The position numbers and the translations under genes were made by a program. This document shows, one piece after another, positions 16,786-26,149 of a stretch of DNA of 63,953 bases. Numbering within the stretch: position 1 is the stretch's first letter; every line of letters starts with the position of its first letter. The stretch covers positions 1 to 63,953 of IMG/VR virus record IMGVR_UViG_3300009081_000013. One strand, given 5' to 3'. The notes under the pieces are model-generated. The model was not told the origin of the DNA. It did not search any database and saw only the letters and a list, made by a program, of their open reading frames with translations. The DNA comes from a virus. Taxonomy: Duplodnaviria; Caudoviricetes.

Positions 16786-16872
16786 CGTTGATACCGGCGA
16801 GCACGTCCTCGTCCATCACCCAGCCCATGTCCAACTCTTCGAACCAGATGATGTGTTCCATGCTGACCCCGT

Positions 16873-17064
16873 TTAGAATTTCTTCGGATTGCCGACGAAG
16901 GGCACGATAGTTTTTAAATTCTCGAAGAACGCCGGCCAGCGGCCTTTGATGAAGGCGCCGCCGATACCACCGATAGCCAGCAACAAGAACTTGTTGTTGG
17001 CCCACACGCCTTCAAACCAGAAGTCGGTGCCAACAGACGACCACCAAAGCATGAAGTCTTTCAT
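16873..17064 (-). CDS. small membrane protein (holin-like candidate)
   Basis: GAGG RBS; single hydrophobic helix. Confidence 0.5.
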   Translation of the reverse strand: MKDFMLWWSSVGTDFWFEGVWANNKFLLLAIGGIGGAFIKGRWPAFFENLKTIVPFVGNPKKF

Positions 17065-17282
17065 TCAATCACCTCACCAGCGTTCGCTGAAGTCGTTGTC
17101 CATGTTGTTTGTGGATTCCACCAAGGGGTGTAGTCTGGGTAGGAAGGCGCAGGGTAGGTCGGCCACACGTAGACCGGCGCCTGTGGCGCGTTGAACATGC
17201 GCTTCAGCGCTTCGTATTGGTCTTTGGTGAGCACGATCTTTTTCTCACCGAGGGTTATGGTTACTTCGGTTATTTCAATCAT
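17061..17282 (-). CDS. hypothetical protein
   Basis: AGGAG RBS, 4-nt overlaps with neighbours. Confidence 0.6.
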   Translation of the reverse strand: MIEITEVTITLGEKKIVLTKDQYEALKRMFNAPQAPVYVWPTYPAPSYPDYTPWWNPQTTWTTTSANAGEVIE

Positions 17283-17536
17283 TTGGTTTCTCCTAATTCC
17301 CAGAAGTGTTTGTCAATCAGAGCACTGATACCCGGGGGTGAGTCTTGCTGCATAGATTCAAGATCGCGTCCGAACTTCTCCAGCATCGCCGCCAACTTTG
17401 GTGTCGGCACCGGGCCTGTCAGCACGCCGAAGCAACCGGTGTCGTCACCGCGTTTTTCGTGGGCGAGGCTGCTTGCTTTCATCCGTCGGGCGAAGCGCCT
17501 GTAATCGCGAGTGCCTTGTACCAACCAGCCGCTCAT
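17279..17536 (-). CDS. hypothetical protein
   Basis: ATGA overlaps on both sides. Confidence 0.55.
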   Translation of the reverse strand: MSGWLVQGTRDYRRFARRMKASSLAHEKRGDDTGCFGVLTGPVPTPKLAAMLEKFGRDLESMQQDSPPGISALIDKHFWELGETK

Positions 17537-18174
17537 CTCGTCACATTTCCTTCCACATCATAAATGGGCAGCCCACTGTCGCGCATAATCCCCGCCGTCA
17601 GCTCGCCTTCAAACGCCACATCAAACGAATCACCGCGTGTCACCAGCATCTCCAAGTCCGCCGGGGTCCAGCCGCGCCAGCCGGTCGAAAAATCCTCCAG
17701 CCCGTAGCCATGATAAAACGCTGAGACGATTTCAGAGCAGATGGCATTCGCCCCGGCGCCGATCGATGTAATCCAGCGGGGCAGGGCGACGGCCGCCAGC
17801 CCCTGGATGACCAGGCGGTGCAACGGATACACAGAGCCGTCGAAGCGGCCCATCGCCGCCTTATCCCAGGCCAGCCAAAACTTAGGGGAGGTCATGCCCA
17901 CGCTTTTCGCCGGGCGGCCGATAATGATGCGTGAGCCAAGATAGTCACAGAGTCCGTTTGCGCGTCTGCGTGTGCGCCAGCGAGCCGCAAAGGTTTCACC
18001 CAGATGGTTGGTGATCAGCTCAGCATGAGAGCAGGTGGGTTCGAAGTGCGGGGATTGTAGCGCTTGAGCACGGATGATGGTTTTGGACAGCAGCTTGTCG
18101 CGCCATTTGGCGTCTGGTCCACCGACACCGGAGGTGAGTAATATGTCGCCTGGCGAGAGATTCAGCGTGGGCAT
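17533..18174 (-). CDS. permuted papain-like (YiiX/NlpC-P60) amidase/peptidase
   Basis: PGDILL, SHAEL (His before Cys), ICSEIV, TPADL. Confidence 0.82.
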   Translation of the reverse strand: MPTLNLSPGDILLTSGVGGPDAKWRDKLLSKTIIRAQALQSPHFEPTCSHAELITNHLGETFAARWRTRRRANGLCDYLGSRIIIGRPAKSVGMTSPKFWLAWDKAAMGRFDGSVYPLHRLVIQGLAAVALPRWITSIGAGANAICSEIVSAFYHGYGLEDFSTGWRGWTPADLEMLVTRGDSFDVAFEGELTAGIMRDSGLPIYDVEGNVTR

Positions 18175-18217
18175 GACTACTCCTTGTAGGTAATATAGGT
18201 TCCTAAATGATTGTTCG

Positions 18218-18466
18218 TCAACAACTTTTTGCTTTCACCGCAGCACGCATGGCGCTCCACAAATGATAGAGCTGCTGGGCCTCGTAGGCGGCAGCGCTGT
18301 GCGTCTTGTTGGCTTTGCACAGATCAAAGTGTTTCTTGCTGTAAGCAGCGATATTTTTGTCGATGAGGACCAGATCGAGCTGAACTTTTTTGTCTTTGCC
18401 AAACCAGAGCACGGGGTTATTTCCTCCACCCTTAGCTATCCGTTTTTTATTGATCCTTGCCTTCAT
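18218..18466 (-). CDS. basic hypothetical protein
   Basis: 82-aa ORF in the late arm. Confidence 0.5.
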   Translation of the reverse strand: MKARINKKRIAKGGGNNPVLWFGKDKKVQLDLVLIDKNIAAYSKKHFDLCKANKTHSAAAYEAQQLYHLWSAMRAAVKAKSC

Positions 18467-18600
18467 TTTTCTTGAATATTGAGATGAAACTCAGCGCCGC
18501 TACCACGGCGTCAAGAAACAGTTCGAATTTAGACGGTTTGGATTCTTCGCTGTGGCGTTGTTTACGCCGTTCCTTTCTGTCCATGAGATCATCCTTTCAG

Positions 18601-18996
18601 TTATTTTCGCAGGTTGTAAAACCGCACACGGCCGATCTGCTTTACGAACTTTGTTTCATCCGCCCACTTGGGCGGCGGGATGGACACGTCGTAGTAGTGC
18701 GTCGCCGCCAAGCCGCCTGGCCGTCCGGCCACCGCGTCCTCTGCGATTTGCATACACTCGAGCCACTGCTTGTCATCTTCCTTGGGCCAGAAGGTAAGCT
18801 GCGCGTCCTTGGGGTCGGTGAGGCTGGAGAACTGCCACTTTTGAAACAGCACGCCCATCACCCCTCGCCCCCACCAGCCAGGCGCTGACGCCCGTGTCAT
18901 GACCACTGAAGCGATGGCGCGCCGGCATTCGATCGATTCACCCCGGGCTTCACGCCAAAGCGCCAAGGCCAAAAACACTACATCGTCTTTTTTCAT
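18601..18996 (-). CDS. endolysin, SleB/Hydrolase_2-type cell wall hydrolase
   Basis: LWREARGE, QFSS, ATHYY, PPKWA, QIG...FY motifs. Confidence 0.9.
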   Translation of the reverse strand: MKKDDVVFLALALWREARGESIECRRAIASVVMTRASAPGWWGRGVMGVLFQKWQFSSLTDPKDAQLTFWPKEDDKQWLECMQIAEDAVAGRPGGLAATHYYDVSIPPPKWADETKFVKQIGRVRFYNLRK

Positions 18997-19271
18997 CAGC
19001 TCCCCGCCTTTCGAAGATACTCCGCCACGGCGATCACAATGTAGTCCTTGGCAGCCAGCCAGAGGGCGTACACCGCCGCCGCTCCGCCGACCATACCCCC
19101 ACCTGTTTGCATGCATGTGTTGCGCAGCCAGCGGCGGCGAGAATCAGCTTCATACTTGGCCTTGAATTGGATGTGGTTCCATATCAGCCGGCCGAGCGCT
19201 TTGTCTGGGTTTTCCTGGACATACTTTACCGCGTCGTCTTCTGATCTGATTTCAACTTCAAGTCCGCTCAT
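18996..19271 (-). CDS. holin-like membrane protein
   Basis: One C-terminal TM; translationally coupled to the endolysin. Confidence 0.5.
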   Translation of the reverse strand: MSGLEVEIRSEDDAVKYVQENPDKALGRLIWNHIQFKAKYEADSRRRWLRNTCMQTGGGMVGGAAAVYALWLAAKDYIVIAVAEYLRKAGS

Positions 19272-19283
19272 GTTTGTGGCTCC

Positions 19284-20648
19284 CTATTGGTAGCTTCCAG
19301 TCCCATGAATTATAGTATTCACACCCATACGGCGCGCTGATTCTGTCTCATAAAAACTGTTCGCGTATTCTTCGATGTTCAGGTATCCATCGCTGTCTGT
19401 ATCGCTCAAGGCGTCGTTCGCGGACGGATTCATACCGTGAGCCGATTCCCATGCGTCTGGTATTCCGTCCGAGTCAGTGTCGGTTGGATAGGAGCCTGAA
19501 AGCGTGGGATACCCACCAGCTTCGGTCACGGTATCGTATAGCGTTCCCGTACCGTCCACAACCTGTTGAACAATGCGCGTATCAATCACATCTCTGTCCC
19601 ACGGACGCGCGCCGACAGAAGCAAGGACGCTTGAATAGATCGTTGAACCTTCCGCGAAACTCGTACCGGCCCCGGTAAATGCTGGTGTTCCGACCACGTT
19701 TTCTTCGTCAGTGTAAAAGTCTAAAGCTCCGTACCCGGAAGAGTAATTCAGCGTATCGTAAACAGCGGTTGTACCCGTATTTTCTGCTGGCAGGATCATG
19801 ACATGCGGCCAAACAGTATCCCAATTAAGGCCACGCTTTAGGTAGTTTCCTATGATATTCACGCGAAAGGTTTGCGTCGGATGGTCAGGATCGCCAATCC
19901 GTATTCCGTGCGTTTCGCGGTTGTAGAAGATGTTCGATATGATCTCTATCTCGTCTCCGCGAAGGAGAGGATTCCTGCTTTTAGTGTTGGCCAGAAGGTT
20001 TCGGTAGAATGAAATTTTAGACGACTGATAATGGAAATATACGCCCATCGCGTGGATGCCGTCAGGATGGATAGAATCCGCGAGCGCTTCTCCAATAAGG
20101 CAGCTTGAGATAGTGACGTTTGCAACATCTGGATGCCATGTTGAAATAGTTTCATCGCTGGCCCAAGTTAACGAGCAGTGGTCTATGATGTGGTTTGACG
20201 TGCCTGTTCCAGCGGATTCTTCTATTTGAACGCAATCTCTATTATCGACCGCCGATCCTGTGTCGGTGCGATCTCCTGGGCGGATAATAAGTCCTCTGGT
20301 AATCGTGTTTTTGCATTTGTACCGGATGCCTGCATTTGCAAGACATAGCCCGCCCGGTGAAGTCGATCCAAAAATGGTCATATTATCTTCATCGGCTATG
20401 ATATTATCGGTAAGCTGGATCGTGCCGGATGCTTTTACCACAATTATCTTAGGTCCTACCACAGCCGCCGCTGCACGAAGGCTACCTGTTCCGCTATCAT
20501 TGGTATTTGTGACGAAGACAAGTTGGGTCCCGTCAACTCTGCCTCCAGTAGCAGAAGCGCCGAAGCCTATCGCGCCCGGGAAAGCATTTAAGGCATACGC
20601 CTCAGATGATGAAAGAACAAATATCAATATGGCTAAAATAATCTTCAA
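19284..20648 (-). CDS. pectate lyase (PL1-like beta-helix) with signal peptide
   Basis: AFPGA.GFG..ATGGR, VTNTNDSGTGSLR, IIDHCSLTWASDE, RNP, C-terminal DTDSDGIPDAWE; N-terminal MKIILAILIFVLSSSEAYA. Confidence 0.9.
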   Translation of the reverse strand: MKIILAILIFVLSSSEAYALNAFPGAIGFGASATGGRVDGTQLVFVTNTNDSGTGSLRAAAAVVGPKIIVVKASGTIQLTDNIIADEDNMTIFGSTSPGGLCLANAGIRYKCKNTITRGLIIRPGDRTDTGSAVDNRDCVQIEESAGTGTSNHIIDHCSLTWASDETISTWHPDVANVTISSCLIGEALADSIHPDGIHAMGVYFHYQSSKISFYRNLLANTKSRNPLLRGDEIEIISNIFYNRETHGIRIGDPDHPTQTFRVNIIGNYLKRGLNWDTVWPHVMILPAENTGTTAVYDTLNYSSGYGALDFYTDEENVVGTPAFTGAGTSFAEGSTIYSSVLASVGARPWDRDVIDTRIVQQVVDGTGTLYDTVTEAGGYPTLSGSYPTDTDSDGIPDAWESAHGMNPSANDALSDTDSDGYLNIEEYANSFYETESARRMGVNTIIHGTGSYQ

Positions 20649-21832
20649 TGATAGCCGCCTGTGCCATAAATACGCGTACCGTTGCCGCCAAAAGAGCGTG
20701 CTGGAATTGGCGTCGGTGTAGGTGTTGGAGTCGGTGTAGGTGTTGGAGTCGGTGTTGCTTCCCCGCCGAATGTAATAGCCGCTGATGCCGGTGATATTCC
20801 ACCCGTTGAATCCACCACAAACAGGTATCCCGTATCGCCGGAGCTAAATAGCCCCTGATTTATCTGAGCCGTAATACTGTTAGCTCCCCACGACGTTGGC
20901 GTCAGCATAGTCAGTTTAGTGCAATTTGCGTATGTGGCGTTGTTTCCTATCTCCACATGGGCGCGAGCATTTGCTCCTGTGGCCACGTAGATGTCGTCCA
21001 TAATGGCTCCAGCACATGACGATGCGGTCAGCCATCCAGTAAACCTTATTTGCGTCCAATATGGCGAGTTAGCGTCAGAAAATATGCGCTGGTTTGTGAT
21101 AGTAGTAGTATTTATGCCGTCTGTCTGGTTTAAATCCTGCCATGTATAGATGCCATTCGCAGATGCCGGATTACTACTATCTGCCTTTAGGTAGACCGAA
21201 AACCGCATCCACTGGCCCCATCTCCAATTTAAATCTTGGTAGGTGTTGAACCCCCCACCGTTGCCGTCCACTTTCCAGCCGGGGGTATAAGTCGGAATAC
21301 ACAAATCATCATCGCCTACCGAACTATTGTTCGTCAACCACGTCATCTTCCAAGATGACGCCTCCGGGAAATTTCCTGGTGAAGATGTACCAGGAAAACA
21401 TTTTCCACCAGGTATTTGAACCCAATATGAGATATAAATCTCAGTCGCATTTGGAAATGTTACCGTATTGCCGAGGATGTATTGTGGGTATGACGTGGTG
21501 TCATCTCTTTCAACAAGGCCAGCGTAATTTCCTGTGACATGCCCTAAATTAGAATACCGGACATATCCTCCAACATCCACCACGCCGTACCATGAGCCGT
21601 AACGCGGGCCGGAGTTGGTTGAGTCCTGCCCATTGGTTTTGCCCGACTCGTCAAACGTCTCAAAGATTTGCACAGTCGGGCCATCGCCAAAAGCGCACGA
21701 TCCATCGGAGCAGCCTATAGTGACCGTACTTTCATCGGTGATCGTTCCGCTGACCACCGGCTGGTCAGGCGCGGCCCATAAAAATGACGGAAGCAAGAGT
21801 AACAGCAGCAGGGCATATTTTACTATTCGCAT
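20645..21832 (-). CDS. signal-peptide protein, probable jelly-roll/polysaccharide-lyase-like domain, PT linker
   Basis: MRIVKYALLLLLLLPSFLWA; Trp-rich beta pattern; (PT)n near the C-terminus. Confidence 0.7.
   Translation of the reverse strand: MRIVKYALLLLLLLPSFLWAAPDQPVVSGTITDESTVTIGCSDGSCAFGDGPTVQIFETFDESGKTNGQDSTNSGPRYGSWYGVVDVGGYVRYSNLGHVTGNYAGLVERDDTTSYPQYILGNTVTFPNATEIYISYWVQIPGGKCFPGTSSPGNFPEASSWKMTWLTNNSSVGDDDLCIPTYTPGWKVDGNGGGFNTYQDLNWRWGQWMRFSVYLKADSSNPASANGIYTWQDLNQTDGINTTTITNQRIFSDANSPYWTQIRFTGWLTASSCAGAIMDDIYVATGANARAHVEIGNNATYANCTKLTMLTPTSWGANSITAQINQGLFSSGDTGYLFVVDSTGGISPASAAITFGGEATPTPTPTPTPTPTPTPIPARSFGGNGTRIYGTGGYH
20710..20757. repeat. Pro-Thr linker repeat
   Basis: GTCGGTGTAGGTGTTGGA repeated; encodes TPTPTP on the - strand. 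Confidence 0.85.
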
Positions 21833-22599
21833 ACGTCACCTATAGCCGATGTCTTCACTAAAATTTGGTCATACCTGAAGTCGGAGCCACTGCCGTGCTC
21901 TGAACTCGGATAGGCTGCTACCCGGTCGGTTGTCCATGCGCCATTCGTCACCGTGATGGCATTACTTCCCGGCATCGTTACGGTTTCTGAAATCCGTAAC
22001 CATGCCTGCGCGTTGGCTCCGGTGCCTTTGGCCATGTAGTACCAGATGTGATACCATGTGTTCAGAGACAATGCTGACGTAGAACTGCTGCTCGTTCCCA
22101 TCCATGACAATTTCAGGGTCCGGTCGGTGTCCATCAATATGGCTACGAGCTGCGTAACGTCAGCGTCAGACGTTGATAACACGTCACTTCCATTGCTGCT
22201 TGGGCCAGTTGCTACATACATTATAAAATGGCCGTAGATGCTGCCCTGTGCAGAAAACGTCGTATAAGTATATGAAGGCGTATCCGACCCAGGTACGATC
22301 CTCAGAGACTGAGACCCCCTTCCCACGTTTGTGGTGTAGTTCTCATCCACTATGCCGCCAGTACTACCTACTGATTCTGTCCAGGATTCTGAGTTGTCAT
22401 AACCGGTGCCCTCGAAGTTCTGGCAGACAAGAAAGCCGGAACAGCTCGAATCGGCGCATGGCGTCGGAGTAGGTGTTGCGCCAGAAACGGCAATCACCAT
22501 TCCATCAGCTTCTACACCTTGTAAGCTGACAAAGGCGAGCCCCAACAATACTGCCGCTATGCAGATAGCGCATGCCGTATCTATTAGTTTTTTTAGCAT
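21823..22599 (-). CDS. signal-peptide protein, LamG/ConA-like domain
   Basis: Start overlaps upstream stop (TAATG); hydrophobic leader ending VEA; LNTWYHI motif. Confidence 0.7.
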   Translation of the reverse strand: MLKKLIDTACAICIAAVLLGLAFVSLQGVEADGMVIAVSGATPTPTPCADSSCSGFLVCQNFEGTGYDNSESWTESVGSTGGIVDENYTTNVGRGSQSLRIVPGSDTPSYTYTTFSAQGSIYGHFIMYVATGPSSNGSDVLSTSDADVTQLVAILMDTDRTLKLSWMGTSSSSTSALSLNTWYHIWYYMAKGTGANAQAWLRISETVTMPGSNAITVTNGAWTTDRVAAYPSSEHGSGSDFRYDQILVKTSAIGDVCE

Positions 22600-25500
22600 T
22601 AGTTCACCTGGTCCACGGTGTATTCGAAACACACCATCGCGTCAGTGTTTGTCCCACTGACAGATGTAGTATGCCACTGAATTACATCATTTGCGTCAAT
22701 GCTGGCATTGCTTAAGGTACCATCGTCCGTCGCTTGTGTTGAGGTTGCTGTGATGTCAGCAGTACTGTCAATGGTAGCACAGTTGGCACCGGCACTGTCG
22801 CATTCATCGAGATGACCAATGATGTTTGTCGCGCCTCGCTGGTTTACCCTCACGGCCCTGATTGTGATGGCATATGGCAGGCTTTCTACCATGTAATCAC
22901 TGGAAGAAGTGACAGCCGCCATGGTCGTGCATTTTGTCTGGTACGCTGGTAAGGTAAAGGCGGCTGCGCCGTAAGCGCGGATGCCCTGCCCTGCTCCAGC
23001 AGAGCTGTCAACTGCAATCTCTCCAGCGGCATCCGTGGTAGGATTCGCGCCGTTTGGCGCTTCAAAAGAAGTCGCGCCGCCAGCGTCAATTGCGCCAGCC
23101 AAAACTCCAATGGTTACAGTCCCGCCGCTAAGGTTGGAAGCCGCACCGATTGATCCTATCCCACCAGTAAATGCGACAGCGGGTGTAAAAGCAATCGTTG
23201 CGCTGGTGCCGCTGGCAAACGTCCAAAGGTTGGTCCCAGCAGTAGCCGTCAAGTCTTCGCTGTTTGCGAACCAGGAAAAAGCGTTGGAGATGTAACCTGC
23301 TTCGCCGTCAGCATTGGCAGCCGAGTTGCCCACGAAAGCCGGTGCCGTCTGGTTGCCGGTGTAGGTATTTGCCCCGAGTACCGCAAGGGTCCCGGTAGCA
23401 GCCGGAAGAGTTATTGTTGCTGCCCCAGCCTGCGAAGCGTTTGGAACGATGGTTGCCGAGTAGTCCGTTGCCCCAAGCTCATTGTAAAGGACCAGGGAAC
23501 CATCCTGACCGGCTTCGCCCAAGGTCAAAGCGTCGGTGGTTTTGTTGAACACAAACCCAGCGTCGGCTCCAATAGCGGAGCCGCCATCATTAAACTGTAC
23601 TTGGGTATCAGAGCCAGCAGCGGCAGCAGTAGGTGTAGCAAAAGAAAGAACGCCGTTTCCATCCGTCTGCACGAACTGGCCGGAATTACCATCTGTTGTG
23701 GGCATGGTGAGCGTGTAGCTCGCTGCCAGTGCTGGTACAGTAAAGGTCACTGTACTGGACCCGTCGTCGCTGTCTTCTGCGATAATAAGTTGACCAGCAC
23801 CTGTCGCCCCACGGTTGACCGTAAGGGCGGCAGAAAGGGTCTTGGCTCCGCTGATGGTCTGAGCATCCTGCACATTGACGACCGCTTTTTCTGAGCCATT
23901 GACAGAGTACTTCAGCTGGTCGGACGAGTCGGTTTCAAACCATAGGGCGTATTCTGAAGCGCCAGGAGATCGCCCGCCTGCGTTGTTGGCGAGGCTGATG
24001 TAAGACTCGCCGGCACCCACGACCTGAAAAGATGTGGCGTAGACAGTTCCAGACGATTCAATATCGCCCTCCACGAAGAGTTCGTTGGTTGCTGTGGCAT
24101 AGGTCGGCGCAACGGTCGTGTCGTCGTCAATCCATACTGCGTGAGAGTTTGCGCCACGAAGAACGGATTGGAGGGCGAGTGTGTCGGTGTCGGCGTTGCC
24201 AATGGTGAGCGAGCCGGTAAAAGTCTGGTCGCTTCCAAGGTTGGCCAGGGTTTGTGCGGCATCGACAAGCGTAATTGCCCGAGCTGTTGAAAGTCCGGTC
24301 ACTGTGATGTAACCGGTACCATCTGAATCGTAGAAGCGATCCACATGGCTGGAAGCATTAACATCATCAGCAGAAACGCGTTGATGCGTCGTGCCATCGG
24401 TGATGTTATCTATGCTGCGGTTTGTGACCTGCGTGATATTTGTCAGGGTGATGTTGTCGGCGACATAGGTGTCCGCGACGGCCGTTCCCTGCCAAGTGCC
24501 AGCCGAGATCGTTCCAGCGTTGGCAATACCACCTGAAAACGTGGTGGCCGGGGTGATCGTCACACCAGAAGCCCCGGAAGCTCCAATGGCTACGACTTCG
24601 GCAGAGGTGACACCAATAACCGAAATATCCGTGCCGGCAGCGTCCGCTTCTGAATAGATGTACCCTGCGTTGGGGAGGCGAATTGATCCTGCGTCAGCCG
24701 GGTCAGCACCGAGGGCTATGTGCGAACTTGCCGCAACCGAAGCTGCGCCGCTCACAGCATTGGAATCGTCAACACTTATGCCAGTTATCTCAGTAAGGTT
24801 GCCGGTTCCGCTGGTTTTGGTTAAGCGGTTGTCAGTGCCGTAACCAGCAGGGCCAAGAACGATTGTGCCGGTTTCGGCAGGAATGGTTACAGTTACATCA
24901 GCGCCGGGGTTCGCGCCGGACAGAGCAATTTCAAAGTCGTTTACCGTGGCACCTTCAAAGTAAAGCGTGTTGGCTGTATTACCATCCGATGCGCCATTGG
25001 TAAAAGCAGCGCCACTCGAAGCATCGCCTACGGCTGTGATGTCGCCAGAACCTGCGGGATCACCCCACTGAGGGTTGGCACCAGCGCCTTGGGTCTGGAG
25101 GAACTGACCGTTGACTCCAGGGCCAAGAGTCACCCATGCCGAGCCATTACCATAGAGGACGTTACCTTGGGTGGGAGTGGTAGCTGCGATGTCGCCAAGT
25201 TCATCGTCTGCGGCCTGGTAGGTCGTCGCGGGCAGGGTAGAAAGAACACCAGCGTCCGAAGATACCACCAGGGCATTCGCAGCGCCAGGGTAAGCTGTGG
25301 GGAGCGTCCATGTCAGGTTGGCCACCGAGTTGCCGGGGGAGAGTTGGGTGTAATTGCTGTTGCCGTCGTAGAGCCGAACATAGGTGCCGCCGTCGCTTGA
25401 TCCGTCCAGACAAGCGCCATCGGTGCAATCTCCTACGGAAAGAACGTCACCAGAAGACGAAGCAGCCAGAGCAGCGATAGCCTGGGCCACACGAAGAGGA

Positions 25501-26147
25501 GACATGGAGCGAAGACCAGCCTCTGTGCCAGCTTCCATCTCGTCTTGACTTGCAGCAGCCAGAGCGGGCTCGAAGGTGGCGGGATCGGTCCAGCCTGCCG
25601 TACCATTTGTATCCACGTTGAACAGGGCGTTGTTCACGGTAGGGTAGGCGGTCTGGAGTGCGATGCCCCAGTTCTCCGTAAAGTTTGAAGCGTAGAGGTC
25701 AAAATGGAACACGTTTTCTGCCGTGTTGTCGTACCAGCGGACAGTGCCTTTGGTCGTTCCGGCGACACCGACATGTAACCCGTCTGAGCCTGTGATGGTC
25801 AGACCGTAGAGCGACAGCGCAGAGTCCGCGATGCTCCCGTCTCCATCAGGATCAATGGTCGCCATCATGTAGTCAATGAAGGCGTCCTGTGAGACGGCGT
25901 GTGTTTTGTCGTCAACATAGTTCGCGGCGGTCGCGGCCTCGTCTTGGACCTCAACTGAGCCCGCGCCGGCCACCGCTACAGCGATGTCATACACCGCATC
26001 CGGGTACATAGAGACAAGCTTGGTGTCACCTGACGGTGAAGCAATCTGCGCCGCAGTGATCCTGGGCGGGGGCGGGGGATTTGCTGCTGACGCAGCCGTA
26101 GTCACCCCAAGAACAATCAACAACAGCAAGAGAAAAGTCCGTTTCAT
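22599..26147 (-). CDS. tail-fibre-like protein with N-terminal signal peptide
   Basis: Gly/Ala/Ser/Thr-rich; fibre-type motifs ASQDEMEAGTE...SPLRVAQAI, YTLTMPTTDGNSGQFVQTDGNG, GSDTQVQFND; leader MKRTFLLLLLIVLGVTTAASA. Confidence 0.75.
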   Translation of the reverse strand: MKRTFLLLLLIVLGVTTAASAANPPPPPRITAAQIASPSGDTKLVSMYPDAVYDIAVAVAGAGSVEVQDEAATAANYVDDKTHAVSQDAFIDYMMATIDPDGDGSIADSALSLYGLTITGSDGLHVGVAGTTKGTVRWYDNTAENVFHFDLYASNFTENWGIALQTAYPTVNNALFNVDTNGTAGWTDPATFEPALAAASQDEMEAGTEAGLRSMSPLRVAQAIAALAASSSGDVLSVGDCTDGACLDGSSDGGTYVRLYDGNSNYTQLSPGNSVANLTWTLPTAYPGAANALVVSSDAGVLSTLPATTYQAADDELGDIAATTPTQGNVLYGNGSAWVTLGPGVNGQFLQTQGAGANPQWGDPAGSGDITAVGDASSGAAFTNGASDGNTANTLYFEGATVNDFEIALSGANPGADVTVTIPAETGTIVLGPAGYGTDNRLTKTSGTGNLTEITGISVDDSNAVSGAASVAASSHIALGADPADAGSIRLPNAGYIYSEADAAGTDISVIGVTSAEVVAIGASGASGVTITPATTFSGGIANAGTISAGTWQGTAVADTYVADNITLTNITQVTNRSIDNITDGTTHQRVSADDVNASSHVDRFYDSDGTGYITVTGLSTARAITLVDAAQTLANLGSDQTFTGSLTIGNADTDTLALQSVLRGANSHAVWIDDDTTVAPTYATATNELFVEGDIESSGTVYATSFQVVGAGESYISLANNAGGRSPGASEYALWFETDSSDQLKYSVNGSEKAVVNVQDAQTISGAKTLSAALTVNRGATGAGQLIIAEDSDDGSSTVTFTVPALAASYTLTMPTTDGNSGQFVQTDGNGVLSFATPTAAAAGSDTQVQFNDGGSAIGADAGFVFNKTTDALTLGEAGQDGSLVLYNELGATDYSATIVPNASQAGAATITLPAATGTLAVLGANTYTGNQTAPAFVGNSAANADGEAGYISNAFSWFANSEDLTATAGTNLWTFASGTSATIAFTPAVAFTGGIGSIGAASNLSGGTVTIGVLAGAIDAGGATSFEAPNGANPTTDAAGEIAVDSSAGAGQGIRAYGAAAFTLPAYQTKCTTMAAVTSSSDYMVESLPYAITIRAVRVNQRGATNIIGHLDECDSAGANCATIDSTADITATSTQATDDGTLSNASIDANDVIQWHTTSVSGTNTDAMVCFEYTVDQVN

Positions 26148-26149
26148 TC

